Source of the DNA: Bugula neritina
Taxonomy: Eukaryota; Animalia; Bryozoa
Reading direction: 5' to 3'
DNA length: 64,000 nt
Assembly (NCBI GenBank): GCA_964035545.1
Contig: OZ037765.1
Location: 13,092,698-13,156,697 of the forward strand
The number at the start of each line of letters is the position of its first letter. Position 1 is the first letter of the stretch. The notes beneath the pieces were generated by a model. The model was given only the letters and a program-made list of their open reading frames with translations, had not been told where the DNA came from and ran no database searches. The position numbers were made by a program, and so were the translations under genes. Shown piece after piece: positions 14,501-26,674 of this stretch.

Positions 14501-17500
14501 CAGTGTATCTACTACAGTACACTACACACCTAGGTACAGTGTATCTACTACAGTACACTACACACCTAGGTACAGTGTATCTACTACAGGACACTACACA
14601 CCTAGGTACAGTATATCTACTACAGCACACATACACACTACAGGTACAGTATATCTACTACAGCACACATACACAGTACAGGTACAGTATATCTACTACA
14701 GGACACATACACAGCACATTACACACTACAGGTACAGCACAGGTACAGTACACTCACCACTATCTGGTTCTTCATTGTATTCCTCTTCACTACTTTCTGA
14801 AGAATCAGATCTAAAAACCAAACAAAGTGATACATCTTACAACACTAAGGATGGTTGAACAGCAGCTGGACTGGAGTAGTGTGCACAATGCAGTGTACTA
14901 TCTGTGTGTACTTCGAGCAAGTGAATTTACTCAGTCAAATTGTCTTCCCTTTCCAGACTTCATCTAACATGTTCATCAGGCACAGTTACACCTCCTACAC
15001 GCAGCTAGAATTAGACCAGTAATCCCAACATAAATTAATGCAGTCCAGTAACCTGCAGCAAACATCTCACTACAAGTTTAGTGCTAATAGAGAATGTAAT
15101 GGCGGCTCCCGGCTCACTGAAACAAGCTGTGGACATCAAACATACTAAACACTCTGACATAGACTAATCAGACTTACGATGTATCCATCTTGAGGGAAGA
15201 GATGCCACCACTACCGGCAGTTGCTGCCTGTGAACCACTAGAGCCGGCTGCCGCAGAGCTCGAACTCCCAGCCTGTTCTGACGAGTCGGCAGCAGCTTCC
15301 TCTGTCTTGCTGGAACTGGTTTCTAGAAAAACCCCAACCAATATTACAGGCGAGCCACACTTTACAGAGATAGTGCAGATATTAGACAATTTTTCCAACT
15401 TTGTGCAAGCACCATTACTGTGTGTATAGTGTGTACCAGTATTAGAAGGGGCCTTAACCGCTCCATTGGTCAGTTTGTGCAGAACTTCTTCAATGGGTGT
15501 AGACGCGTCTTCCAACAAATTAGCTGTCTCATCTTCGTCTAAACACATTGGTAATGTTCTATATAGAATAGGCTTACAGACACAATATATTACATGCACC
15601 AACAAGAAAACTAACTGCTTGAGTATTCAACACTGTTTCTCATCATATGCAAGCACACACTTAATTTCATGAATACAATAGAAAATAATCTGGTAACCTC
15701 CTTCATACTGTTGAAACATAACTACAAACATTGGAGGAGAACTTTTTAAAGCAATTTTCTCACAATTTCTCACTTGAAAGACCGTAATACAAATATATAA
15801 CTCAGCTACAGCTGCATGATGAAACTGTCACCCATAAGAGTCATCCCAAGTTTTATTAAAATACTGTTTATCATACATATATATATATTGAAAATAAGCT
15901 ATTCATATTGTCAATTGTCTATTACTCCAATTAAGATAAGGTTATATCTGAGTGGCATATGTTTTTTTCACTTAGTAGTACATATAGCTAATGTTCCAAG
16001 TGCTTAAACTACTTGAGTGAAAAACCTGTGTATTGCAACAGCTAAGAATAATGTGTAATAAAAACTAACATTAATCAGCATTACTTATTTAATACAAGTT
16101 AGCTTGAAATTGCAAGTCATCACAGGTCAATAAATTAATTGACGACATCAGCTTACAATATACTTGATCAAATCAATTTGCTTGGGAATACAACTCTCCA
16201 GTAATGCTGCAATTATGATGATATATATTACTACATATTTTTTAGAAATCTAGAATTTCTAAAAAGGTAAAAGAGAAGTTTTAATAGTATAAGACAGCCT
16301 CGATTAGCCTCAGAAATAGTATGGAGTGCCAACCACCTGTGCTTCCCATATAGTTCATATACTCATGGAGGTAACGATTGTCAGCTACTGATGGATAGCA
16401 ATGTACAAATAAAAATCAAATCCTAATACTAATGTTATTACTAATACTAATACTAATGTTAATACTAATACTGATATCCCAGTCACTAACCGCAGTCGAT
16501 AGGAGCACTGTCATCAAACTCATCATCTTCTCCATTGTCATCACCGACAGCCTGTGTCTTGGCTAACTTGAGTACATTCGGAGGAACTGGAGACTCGGGT
16601 CTGTTGGCCAACTCTTTTAGTTGCTGCACAGTTTCATCTGATGTCAAATGCCTGTCAAACTCAATGAAACCTTTGATGAGTGCCTCTTCTATGCTATTCT
16701 TTTTATATTCATCTAACTAAAAAAAGTCATCACCAACCAATGCTAAGCTACGAAAGAAACACAAAAGTGTAAATATACTTCAACAAGAACTGAGGGGAGT
16801 TAAAAAGATGAAAAACAAGATATAGCTAAAAATGTAAGCCCCTTAAGTATGATCTAATGTACAGAGAATATAACTGTTACTATACCTGCTTTATAAAATC
16901 AGGAAAATGCTTAGAACAATACTCTGCCACCTCTGATCCTGCATATAACAAAGCTTGTTTCAACAAACATGCATATATGTATGTATATCAATATAATATA
17001 ATATAAAATCTACCCCAACACTTAAACTACGCAATCATACAATACCTATATTTTAAGCAGAATAAAAATTATATATCTAATGTAACATGAAAATCTATCA
17101 ATTTCTTTTGACAATAAAACTAAAAGAACTTTATGCTTTGATAAAATACTATTACTTTACAAATTTGTCTTAAATTAATTAATTAACAATGCTAATAATG
17201 AGACCCACAGAAAAGTGAGACTGGATAGTAATAAAACAGCTGAAAGAAAGCCAAAATTGTTAATATATACATTGAACAGTTAGATGAATAAAAACAAAAT
17301 TTTGATATTGCAGCAGATGACTAGTTTGTTGGGTTATTAGCTATAAAAAGCAGAATTTTTAAAACAATTTCTAACCAATTTACAGTAGAAAATATAGATC
17401 AGAAACAGGAAATACTACCTCCATGTCCATCATACACTGCATAGAGCATGCTCTCAGTCTCGGTATCAAAGTCTGGACAACAGTTTAAAGCATCCTGAAA

Positions 17501-17746
17501 AAACAAATTTTAAATGTCACAATGAAGAAGACACAATAAACATGTTTTTGGTAGCAGAACCTGGCAAATGCAAGCTTGCAGACACAAAATTGTTTGTAGA
17601 GAAATTCTTCACGTTACTAATTACATAAAGCATACCTCTTGAGTTCTCCGCCACCCCTGCATGCTAGAGGCTCCATAGCGCACCCGACTATTTTCAGAAT
17701 CTACACTTTCACATTTAGTGACTGGTGTGGATTGATAAGCACCCAT
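11581..17746 (-). CDS. PPM1G: Protein phosphatase 2C gamma (PPM1G-like), 11 coding exons, ~508 aa
   Basis: Exons 17746-17636, 17494-17419, 16938-16886, 16716-16491, 15538-15437, 15322-15178, 14810-14758, 14290-14196, 13318-13081, 12500-12286, 11793-11581 join in frame (1527 nt). Motifs: MGAY N-terminus, [17 protein letters not shown], acidic insert, [52 protein letters not shown], basic C-terminus KRPK. Confidence 0.93.
14314..14752. repeat. Minisatellite, ~36-bp unit (aggtacagtgtatctactacagtacactacacacct), filling PPM1G intron 7
   Basis: Tandem unit read directly; it produces the spurious [12 protein letters not shown] repeat in ORF 14218-14814. Confidence 0.95.
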
Positions 17747-19564
17747 TATCACTTCATTAGTGTAACTCTTGTCATAAAGTGTGACCTAAACTGAAAAAAA
17801 ACATATGAGTAAAAAGATGCTATTTTTTATGTTATTATTCTGCTAAATTTCTTTAATACAAGTAATTATAATTAAACATTTTTTCTAAACATGCTATGAA
17901 CTATCTGCAATGCTATTGATTACCTGTATACCCCACCACACTTAGAGAATCAACAGATAAAGTTGCCTTTGTTCCAGGCCAGCCCGATTGCAATGAATCA
18001 ATATAATATTTTTTTTAATTTTATGACAATTGTAGTCATATTGTAGACAGCAAGAGATAGATGAAGATTTATATTTTTAAAAAGGTAAAACAAATGCAAT
18101 ATTTGTGCATTAATTTGTTTTTTATTTTCAAATCAACACAAAATATCCGACATTTTACGAAATCAAAGATATTTACTTAGGATGTAGAATGAAGAGACTG
18201 CATGCTCTTTTTTCTGGTACACTATTTGTGTAAAATATTGAAGGATTTTAATATAAACATTGAAATTTTTAAAAGCTAAAAGGGCAGAGAAAGCAGATTA
18301 CCCAACATGCTTTCACACTTCTGTTTCATGTATATACCTGTTAGTTCAGACATGTCAAAACAGCTGTGCAATTGCAAAAATATTACTTCAAAAAGTAGGC
18401 GCTTAGTTACTAAGCACTGGTAAAAGTTTAAATGCTGTGAAGTAGGACTCCAAACATTCCCAAGTAAACATTTTCATGATTTTGATTCAGATAGAATCAT
18501 TTGAAGCTGTAAATTAGGAGTATTAACATCAGCTAAACAACTATGAAAATTTTAGGCCATCTATTTAATTTTCGACTACAGAATATTACAAAGAAAGTCC
18601 AACAACTAGCATGAAGCGTTCAAATACAGAATAACATTTATCACTTTTATCAATACACTTGTTTGCAAAAGTACCTACCTAAAATTTCTTGACTCGGGTT
18701 AACTTGCTAACGCTACTGATTTGATTTGCTAAACTTATTAAATTTGTTAAAAGTAGATCATTATGATTTAATATTAATAGCGCTTTAAGTTCAACTCAAT
18801 GGCAAACCATTAAATTTAAATTCAAGCAAATTTTAGGTTTCAGATTGGCAATAAATTTGAAATTATATATATGTTGATAAAAAGTTGCTTAAAAACTTGC
18901 ATTTTCAAAGTCAGTTTTTGTCATTGAGTTATTTGTAATCTGCCAATTTTTTTGCATAAGTTGCAGTATCACTATGATTTGATTTAGATTTAATTTGACT
19001 TCAACTCATCCCTGTGTATAAAAGTGAAATTATAAGACTAAGTAGTGCTGTCAGTGTGACATCAATAAAATATAAGACAGAGTATAACTATAAGTATAAG
19101 CATATCAATTAGAAATGGAAATTGAATAATAAATTTAGTAGTACCCTGAACCAATGGTAACAGTAACTCACCTACTAACTTCAACTGTACTACATTTAGT
19201 TTTACTATTACTGTTGGAACTTTACATAAGCTGGGAAAGCTTTTCCCTAATGCATGATAGCTTTTTACTGGCATAAGAACCCAGCATTTTTCACTTATGG
19301 ACACTCGAGTCTCACACTTGAAACTTGCAACTTATAACTTATGATATAACCTTTTTTCATATTGCTATTTTCTTTCCGTCTGCGACAATAAATATTTCTA
19401 TACACATAAAACACAACAATTACTAATACTGAGTTTTACTAATTTAGTTATTACACATTAATCATTATCATTATGACTAATATTATTAATCACGAACTAT
19501 TACTGTATTAGTATTACTATTATTAACACTATTCGTAAACTATCGCCATTAGTATTAGTAGTAT

Positions 19565-20073
19565 GGGTTACTGCTGTTTTGTACACAAGTCGTTTCGTAT
19601 ATAAAAATGTGGTCATTTCATATACAAAATGTGGTAATTTCATATACAAAATAGTCATTTCGTACACAAACTGCTATCCATTTTCTACACAATATGAATA
19701 ATAAATTAATCCACTAGATAACCACATGAGTGATACTAGTTTACTTATTTATTGCATCCCAGCTCTCGCTCTCCCAGCCTGCTTTTAAAACAAAAAATAG
19801 ATTCACTAACTATGTGCTGCCATCTACTGATAACAATATCTAAACCAAAAGAGCAGTCCCCTAGCATTTACATATCACAATAATAAATAAGCATGCGGCA
19901 AAATTAAATGTGCAAGTTACTAATACTTGTAAGCAGTACTGTATGGCTCATACATTGAATAACAAAACTAAATAATTATAAAAATATGTATTTGAGTTAA
20001 TTTAAATTGATGTGTACAAAACGACCTGAAAAAGTGGGTACAAAACGACTTGCGTACGAAATGATTTGCACCC
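19565..20073. mobile_element. Non-autonomous DNA transposon (MITE) with subterminal repeat arrays; possibly Mutator-like
   Basis: Ends GGGT...ACCC. Left arm has repeated GTCRTTTCRTAY motifs; right arm has the inverse GTACRAAAYGAC. Flanked by agtagtat/agtagtac (7/8-bp possible TSD). Superfamily is a guess. Confidence 0.6.
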
Positions 20074-20099
20074 AGTAGTACTTCAACCATAAGACCTAC

Positions 20100-20648
20100 T
20101 GGTTAGACTTAGTGTTACTAGTGCAACTATAAGTAATAAGTATTACATTCACTGTTTAGTAATACTAATACTAATAGTAATAATAGTAGACAATAGTATT
20201 ACTATTAGTACTACTAATAGTAATACAGTAACAGTAATACTATTACTATTAGTATCGACTTTACGTTTAAGTATATTCATTATGATTAACTTCAACACAT
20301 TTAGTGATTTACAGTCATAACATTAACTGTATTACTAATAGTAATACTAATAGTATTACTAATACCATAACCATAACTCTATAAATATAAGATTAAGTAC
20401 TACCGCTTCCGAACAGGATAAGGCGGAGAGAGGTGAGAAAAAAGATTAGGTACTTAGTACTAGTAGTAGTAGTATCAGTACAACTATGACTATAAGTATA
20501 AAACTATCAATATCATTATTAGTATTACTATTAGTATAACTATAGGAGTATAACTATAAGTTATAAGTTAATAACTTCTTCAAAGTTAATTATAATAAGT
20601 AAATAACCCAGTCTAAATTCTAAAGTCTATAACTATAAATATTAATAT
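20100..20648. repeat. Low-complexity period-3 TA lattice (aat-act-aat-agt / tataag-tataac), left flank of the Gypsy insertion
   Basis: Visible runs such as aatactaatactaatagtaataatag. The same texture resumes right after the 3' LTR (34126-34400) and at 34855-35165. Confidence 0.8.
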
Positions 20649-21364
20649 TGTGGTAAAATTGTGTATAGTAACTAATGCTTGTATTCCCCTTACTATTATT
20701 ATCTTCATTCCCATGGAATGCGTGTTTTCTTAGATATACATCATTACTTAGCTATCGTATTGTAACAGCTAAGTGTTATGTTGGCAATGATAGGATTAGC
20801 TATTATTCCCAGCTACTTATTACTACTAACGTGACTGGATTAGCTATTGTTTCTGACGGCTCACAGGAACACTTATATAATCAAGATAACCGGGATTTCC
20901 CTGCGAAGTTCGCTCGATTCGAGCGATTCCTTTGTTCTAGCCCTGCGAATCCCCTGCGATTCGAGCGAATTCCCTCGAATTCGCTTGGAACATTCTGGGG
21001 GAATGTTTCCCAAAGTATAAAAGGAAGCCCTCAACACAGTAGAGTCAGTCTTCAGCCAGCAGCACAACAGGACACATCTCGGAGCTACCAAGCCAGGACA
21101 ATAACACACTTAGTTAATTATCTTATACTTTGTTTACCAGTTTACTAGTAAGTTTTCCATACATGTAAGGAGTTGTCCTCCCTAACTGCTATTTTTGGAT
21201 TTATATATATTATGGAGTAAATAAAGGGGATTGTGAGTATTACATTTCTTATTTATTGTGCATAAATACCCTCCTACAAAGAGTCACTGTGTTCAATCAG
21301 CTAACAACCCACACCAATAATTGCATGCAGCGAATCATAACATTCTACGCATAAAATTATTACA
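20649..21364 (+). repeat. 5' LTR (716 bp)
   Basis: TGTGGT...TTACA; TATAAAA 21016-21022; AATAAA 21220-21225; splice-donor-like GTAAGT 21148-21153. By eye it matches the 3' LTR except G20921 vs A33682. Confidence 0.97.
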
Positions 21365-21365
21365 C

Positions 21366-21384
21366 TGGTGGCAGCGGTGGGATT
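21366..21384 (+). promoter_or_regulatory. Primer-binding site complementary to the tRNA-Leu 3' end
   Basis: TGGTGGCAGCGGTGGGATT, one base after the LTR; it is the reverse complement of the tRNA-Leu(AAG/TAG-type) 3' end ...AATCCCACCGCTGCCACCA. Confidence 0.88.
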
Positions 21385-21433
21385 ATCGTCTGGTACAGAC
21401 TAAGCTGATGCTCCCCTACGGGGAGAGACAACA

Positions 21434-22534
21434 ATGGATCCATTGAGGCCAGCGCCAGAGCTCGGGCCTGATGATGAACCAGCAGGAGGACGCTTCACCC
21501 TAGAGACATTGATTCGGACTCTCTGGGAAGACAGGGCAGCTGTACAGGCTCCACCTGGTGACAGGTTCCGCCTTAAAGCGCCAGTCTTCGACGGTGAAGG
21601 AAATGTAGAACAATTTCTACAGGAATTCCGTGAGGTGGCCGTGGCCTCCCAGTGGCCGGCCCAGGTGGAATTACTGCAACTACGGTCCTGCCTGACAGGT
21701 CGAGCCAAACCCTATGCGGTAGGCCCGAATAGGGACCACATCATTGAGGCTCTGCGCGGCCGCTTCGGACTTACCGTCCGGGACGCGAGAGCCCGCCTAC
21801 AAGGACTCCGACGAGACCCTAAGGTCTCACTACAGGATCACGCCAACAAAGTGGAGCAGCTAGTCCAGGTAGCCTACGGTAACGTAGACCTGGAGTCACG
21901 CCAGGCCATCACCTTTGATATCTTCCTGCAATCGCTCAATAACCTGAGCCTGCAACGGTATCTCTTGGCAGCTGGGGTCGACACCATTGAGGCTGCTCTG
22001 ACCAGAGGAAAGGCGTACTACCAGATCGGCGGGAGTCAGGACTGTGACAGCAGTGCCCGACGAGTCGAGTCAGACTGGGGAGAGGCTGCCGAAGACATTC
22101 GGCCGAGGCCTCAAGTAGCGGCCGCCGCCACTACACCCCCAACCCCACCCGAACTCTCCATGGTATTGGAGGTGGTGGACAAACTGCAAGAAGAGATCGC
22201 AACATTGCGACGGGCCCAAACTACTGACAGACCGGATCGGTCATACGGTAGTCAGCCCAACAAGGACGCTCAGTTAGAGCCTAGGGTAGCAGCTACTGCA
22301 CCTACCCCATCGACCTCAGCCGAAGTCTCCATGGTACTGGAGGTGGTGCGAGATCTACAGGCCGAAGTTAAGGCCCTGAGACGGGCCCAAACTACTAACC
22401 GGCCGAATCCGCCACGTAGTAGTCGCCCCGAAGGGTCTTCTCTCACGTGTTGGAAGTGTGGGACAACAGGTCATGTGCAACGAGACTGTCCCCGAGGACG
22501 CAGCGGTCCGTTAAACACCCAAGGCCTGCGGTAA
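21434..22534 (+). CDS. gag: Gypsy Gag (366 aa) with capsid-like region, duplicated coiled-coil module and CCHC zinc knuckle
   Basis: Intact ORF after the PBS; PVFDGEG capsid-like motif; knuckle CWKCGTTGHVQRDC. Confidence 0.93.
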   Translation: MDPLRPAPELGPDDEPAGGRFTLETLIRTLWEDRAAVQAPPGDRFRLKAPVFDGEGNVEQFLQEFREVAVASQWPAQVELLQLRSCLTGRAKPYAVGPNRDHIIEALRGRFGLTVRDARARLQGLRRDPKVSLQDHANKVEQLVQVAYGNVDLESRQAITFDIFLQSLNNLSLQRYLLAAGVDTIEAALTRGKAYYQIGGSQDCDSSARRVESDWGEAAEDIRPRPQVAAAATTPPTPPELSMVLEVVDKLQEEIATLRRAQTTDRPDRSYGSQPNKDAQLEPRVAATAPTPSTSAEVSMVLEVVRDLQAEVKALRRAQTTNRPNPPRSSRPEGSSLTCWKCGTTGHVQRDCPRGRSGPLNTQGLR

Positions 22535-22553
22535 TCTCCGCCACCCGCAGGCC
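22510..22553 (+). promoter_or_regulatory. Putative -1 programmed ribosomal frameshift signal (gag-pol)
   Basis: G_TTA_AAC heptamer in the gag frame (22510-22516), 6-nt spacer, perfect 9-bp stem GGCCTGCGG (22523-22531)/CCGCAGGCC (22545-22553). The pol ORF is in the -1 frame. Confidence 0.8.
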
Positions 22554-24639
22554 GAGTCTCCAGACTCACCCGAGGAGGGTTTACTCTGCACCCAGGGAGG
22601 CGCAGACGAAACCCCCCTCATCCGAATGGCAAGCTCCCCGGAGAACTTGGAGGCCGAAAGGCCTGCCCGAACCTCCAGCTTGGCCACTCAACAACCGGTT
22701 CGCGGGGTTACCCGAGGAGGTTGTGGAGGAGGATACTGATTCCGACCGGGATTTCCCCCGACTGCCCTCCAAACCTCAGAAAACCCCCGTGGTCCCTAGG
22801 ACGTGTAAGAGGCCTACCGTCCAGACCCAGGAAGTGTCTCCCCCAGAGACAGACTACTCAAAGCACACCCAACCATACGGAAGCAGCTATTTCCTGCCCG
22901 GCAAGATTGCGGGCAAAGCTGCCACCTTCCTGTTGGACACTGGGTGCACCACAAACCTTCTGAGTAGGCGTCTCTTCGACACTCTTGGCGCTCGGGAGCG
23001 GGAAAGCCTCAAGCCGTATAATGGTGAGCACGGTACGTTGGCGGACGGATCAAGCATACCATTTTACGGCCTCATCTCACTACCCGGAAGAGTTCGGGAT
23101 CTCGTAATCCACGAGACCTTCATAGTGAGTCACCTGAAGGAGGATGCTATTCTTGGCATGCCCTTCCTTGAGGAGCACCAATGCCACATGGACTTCAACA
23201 AGTCAGCAATAGTGGTGGATGGCAAGGAACTGACCTGCGTGGATAAGTTCGGCAGGCCTCTGGTAGGAGGCGTACAGGTGGTCCGGGACAGCCTAATTCC
23301 CGGGCGCTCTCAGGCTACACTCCTGTGCAGGGTCAACTGCAAGGAGATCTCTGAGCTAGGGGTTGTGGAGGGCATGCACGGAAAGGTACAATTGGCAAAC
23401 AGCCTGAATCGGCTAGACTGCCGTGGAGAGTTCCTGGTGCAGTGCATCAACCCCTACGCGGAGCCGGTGAAGTTATCGGCTGGTTCACTGGTGGGCAGGT
23501 ATCACTCGGTTCAGGAGACTGATGTTGGGCCCACACTCGATGCGACGTCGGAGACACCGAGTCGCCCCCTGGAGTCTGGCATGGGACCAGTCCCAGCGCA
23601 TGTGGCGGAATTATACAAGGGAGCCTGTGGTGGTTGTGGAAGTAACGTGGAGCGCCAACGGATGGCCCAGTTACTTCGAGAGTACCAAGATGTATTCAGC
23701 CAAGGAGACGAGGACATGGGGTTGACTAACATAGTGCGGCACGAGATACCCCTAGTAACAGGGACTGCCCCCATACGACAACCCACTCGACGGCTGGGCC
23801 CGGAAAAGGAGAGGGAGGTTAGCCGGCAAGTCCAGGACTTGCTTGATCGGGACCTGATTGAGCCAGCCCACGGTGCGTGGAGCTCACCAGTCGTTCTGGT
23901 CAAAAAGAAGGATGGGAGCTGGAGATTCTGCGTTGATTACCGCAAGTTGAACAGCGTCACCATCCAGGATGCCTACCCCCTCCCCCGGATAGACGAGTCG
24001 CTAGATGCCCTCGCGGGAAGTAGATACTTCAGCACGCTGGACCTACTGAGTGGATACTGGCAAGTACCCCTCAGTCCTGATGCACAGGACAAGGCCGCGT
24101 TCATCACCCGCGATGGCCTCTGGAGATGGAAGGTGTTGCCATTCGGGCTGACATCCGCCCCGGCCACCTTTCAGCGGCTCATGGAGCAGGTCCTCAGTGG
24201 GTTACACTGGAAGACGCTGCTAGTCTATCTGGACGACGTCATTGTTATCTCGCCAGACTTTTCGACTCATGTCAGTCGTCTGCGCGAGGTCTTTGACTGT
24301 CTCCGGGTCGCCGGGCTAAAGCTTAAACCCTCGAAATGTGCTCTCCTGCAGCAGGAAGTCAAATATCTCGGACATGTGGTCAGCCGGGACGGCGTTGCCA
24401 CCGACCCCGAGAAAGTACGGGCCGTACAAGACTGGACTGTTCCCCAAGATATCCATGAACTAAGAGCGTTCCTAGGACTGGTGGGATATTACCGGCAGTA
24501 TATCCCTGAATTCGCAGGTATGGCACAGCCATTAAATCGGCTAACCGCCAAAGGAGTCCGGTGGCGTTGGACTCAGGAAGAACAACAGGCTTTTGATCAT
24601 CTCAAGGCCCGGCTAGTGGAGGCACCCATCCTGGCTTGA
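22511..24639 (+). pseudogene. pol: Gypsy Pol part 1: aspartic protease + reverse transcriptase; ends at a frameshifting micro-deletion
   Basis: LLDTGCT protease; WRFCVDYRKLN, LPFGLTSAPATFQRLM, YLDD RT motifs; the frame breaks at APILA*. Confidence 0.95.
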
Positions 24640-26216
24640 CCCGACCAAACAGTATATCTTGGATACAGACGCTAGCGACCACAGTATGGGGGCTGTGTTG
24701 TCCCAGGTACAAGGAGGTACCGAGGTAGTGGTGGCGTACTACAGCAAGGCCCTCTCCTCCGCCGAAAGAAACTACTGCACGACCAGGAAGGAACTCCTAG
24801 CAGTAGTTAAGGCGGTGAAGCATTTCCGGCCATATCTATATGGTAGAACGTTCAGATTACGAACTGACCATGCATCACTGATATGGCTGTGCAAACGGGC
24901 CGAACCCTCCAGCCAGGTCGCCAGGTGGCTCGAAATACTTGCAGAATTCTCATATCGGATTGAACATCGCGCCGGCCGGAAGCATGGAAATGCTGATGGT
25001 CTGAGCCGTCGTCCAGAGAGAGACTGCAAGCAATGCCTCCATATAGAGAAGCGGGACGGGGGACCCGCCCGCTCGGAAGTCGAGACACAACTGAAGGAAG
25101 CAGAAGCCTACAGGTGGGAACAAGGCCGACTGCAATCCGATGTCCATTCAGATGCTGTCCAGGCCCTTCGGGTCAACCCCACCTTAGCCAGAAATGTCCA
25201 GGACTTGTGCCGATTACAGGAAACCCTGCCGGGGGTAGTGGGAGAGATATTCAGGGCCAAGAAGGAGGGGCGCCGGCCAGGTGAGGAGGAGCAGCGGCAG
25301 AAGGGCGTTGAATTCCAACAGTTCTGCCACCGCTGGGACTCCCTCAAATTCAACTCAGACGGATTGCTAACCATCTCCTTGGCAGCAGACAGGCAACACC
25401 AGGAACGGGAGCGGGTTGTGTGCCCACACCCCCTCCGGAGAGAGCTCATCTGGGAGACTCACAAGCAAGCCCATGCGGGGACCAGTAGAGTGATTCGGTG
25501 CCTACAGATGCGGTGGTACTGGCCAGGGATGACAAGGGATGTGAGGCTACAGATCCGGCAATGTGAAATCTGCCAGGCGAGTAAGCATGGCCGTTCTACC
25601 GAGACCACGGGACGGCGCAGGCTGTACGCCGGTCGCCCGTGGCAGACAGTGGCAGTCGACTTGGTGGGTCCCATGCCGACGTCCGCTCGTGGAAACAACT
25701 GGATTCTGGTACTAACGGATCATTTTACTAGGTGGGCAGATGCCTTGGCAATCCCGGACGCCTCCGCCCCGACGGTAGCCCGAGCTTTAGATCAGCACGT
25801 TTTCTGCTATTTCGGGCTACCGGAGCAGATCCACACAGATCAAGGGGCACAGTTCCAATCACAGCTGATGAGGGACCTCTGTCGGGTATGGGGGGTCAAC
25901 CAAAGTAGGACCACCCCCTACCACCCCCAAGGAAATGGCGTAGTGGAACGCAACAACAGGATGTTGGGGGACGCCCTGAGGAGTCTACTACTAGGGAAAA
26001 GCCAAGAAGAATGGGACGCCGTGCTACCCCAGATCATGCGTGCATATCGCAGTACTCCCCACTCTAGCACCCAGGAGACACCCAATTTCCTAATGCTAGG
26101 CCGGGAAACGCGGGTCCCGGATCATCTCACGTACCACGTCCCCCTCCCAGAGGGACCTGTCCACGAATACGTGAGAGAGCTGGTTGATAGGATGCGGACG
26201 GCCCATGAGGTCTTAA
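24638..26216 (+). pseudogene. pol: Gypsy Pol part 2: RNase H + integrase zinc-binding and catalytic core; interrupted by the Kolobok insertion
   Basis: LDTDASD, ELLAVV, RTDHASL (RNase H); H..AH...CEIC; VAVDLVGP, HTDQGAQF, GNGVVERNNR (DDE). Confidence 0.95.
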
Positions 26217-26674
26217 AGAATTCCTGACACACTTTACTTATATAGCATGAAAATATTCATCTATGTCTTAGCTATCATTTTAACACTCTTTTAGGGTTTC
26301 AGGTCTAAACAATTTTGTTTTATAACAGTTTTAGTGCATGCATGTCCAAAAAACTTCGAGAATTTTTTTCGCCCTTCTGTGACGTATTACACCGCAGTTG
26401 CGAGAAATAGATGGAAACGCCGCCTGTAAGACATTCGGAAAATAAGTATAGGCTATATTTTCCGTTGCATGTAACCTTAGTTTTAGCATTTTTAATTTAT
26501 CGGACGTCTGTCTAGCCCCCCAATTAGTATTTTTTTGTGGAATTTAGGTTTTATTTCATAAACAAATTTCGCGGCAATAAATACATAGCTACCAACTTAC
26601 CGTGTCCGAGTCTGTGCAGTGTAATTGTGATAAAGATAAACCTAATACAGAAATAACATAAATACGATATCAAT

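Noticed and set aside
14218-14814. 198-aa repetitive ORF
   Set aside because: Translation of the 36-bp minisatellite, antisense to PPM1G exons.
14930-15005. Extra PPM1G exon
   Set aside because: Stops in the required phase; the flanking exons join cleanly without it.
18050-18570. Possible old MITE (similar texture at ~57117-57620 and ~59520-59660)
   Set aside because: TIRs and TSDs are too degenerate to support by eye.
20675-21148. 157-aa ORF (and its twin at 33436-33909) as a gene
   Set aside because: It lies inside the LTRs and spans the TATA box; it appears twice only because the LTR is duplicated, and has no recognisable motif.
24637-24639. Programmed readthrough or selenocysteine at the pol TGA
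   Set aside because: The downstream RNase H is in a different frame and conserved residues are missing, indicating a deletion.
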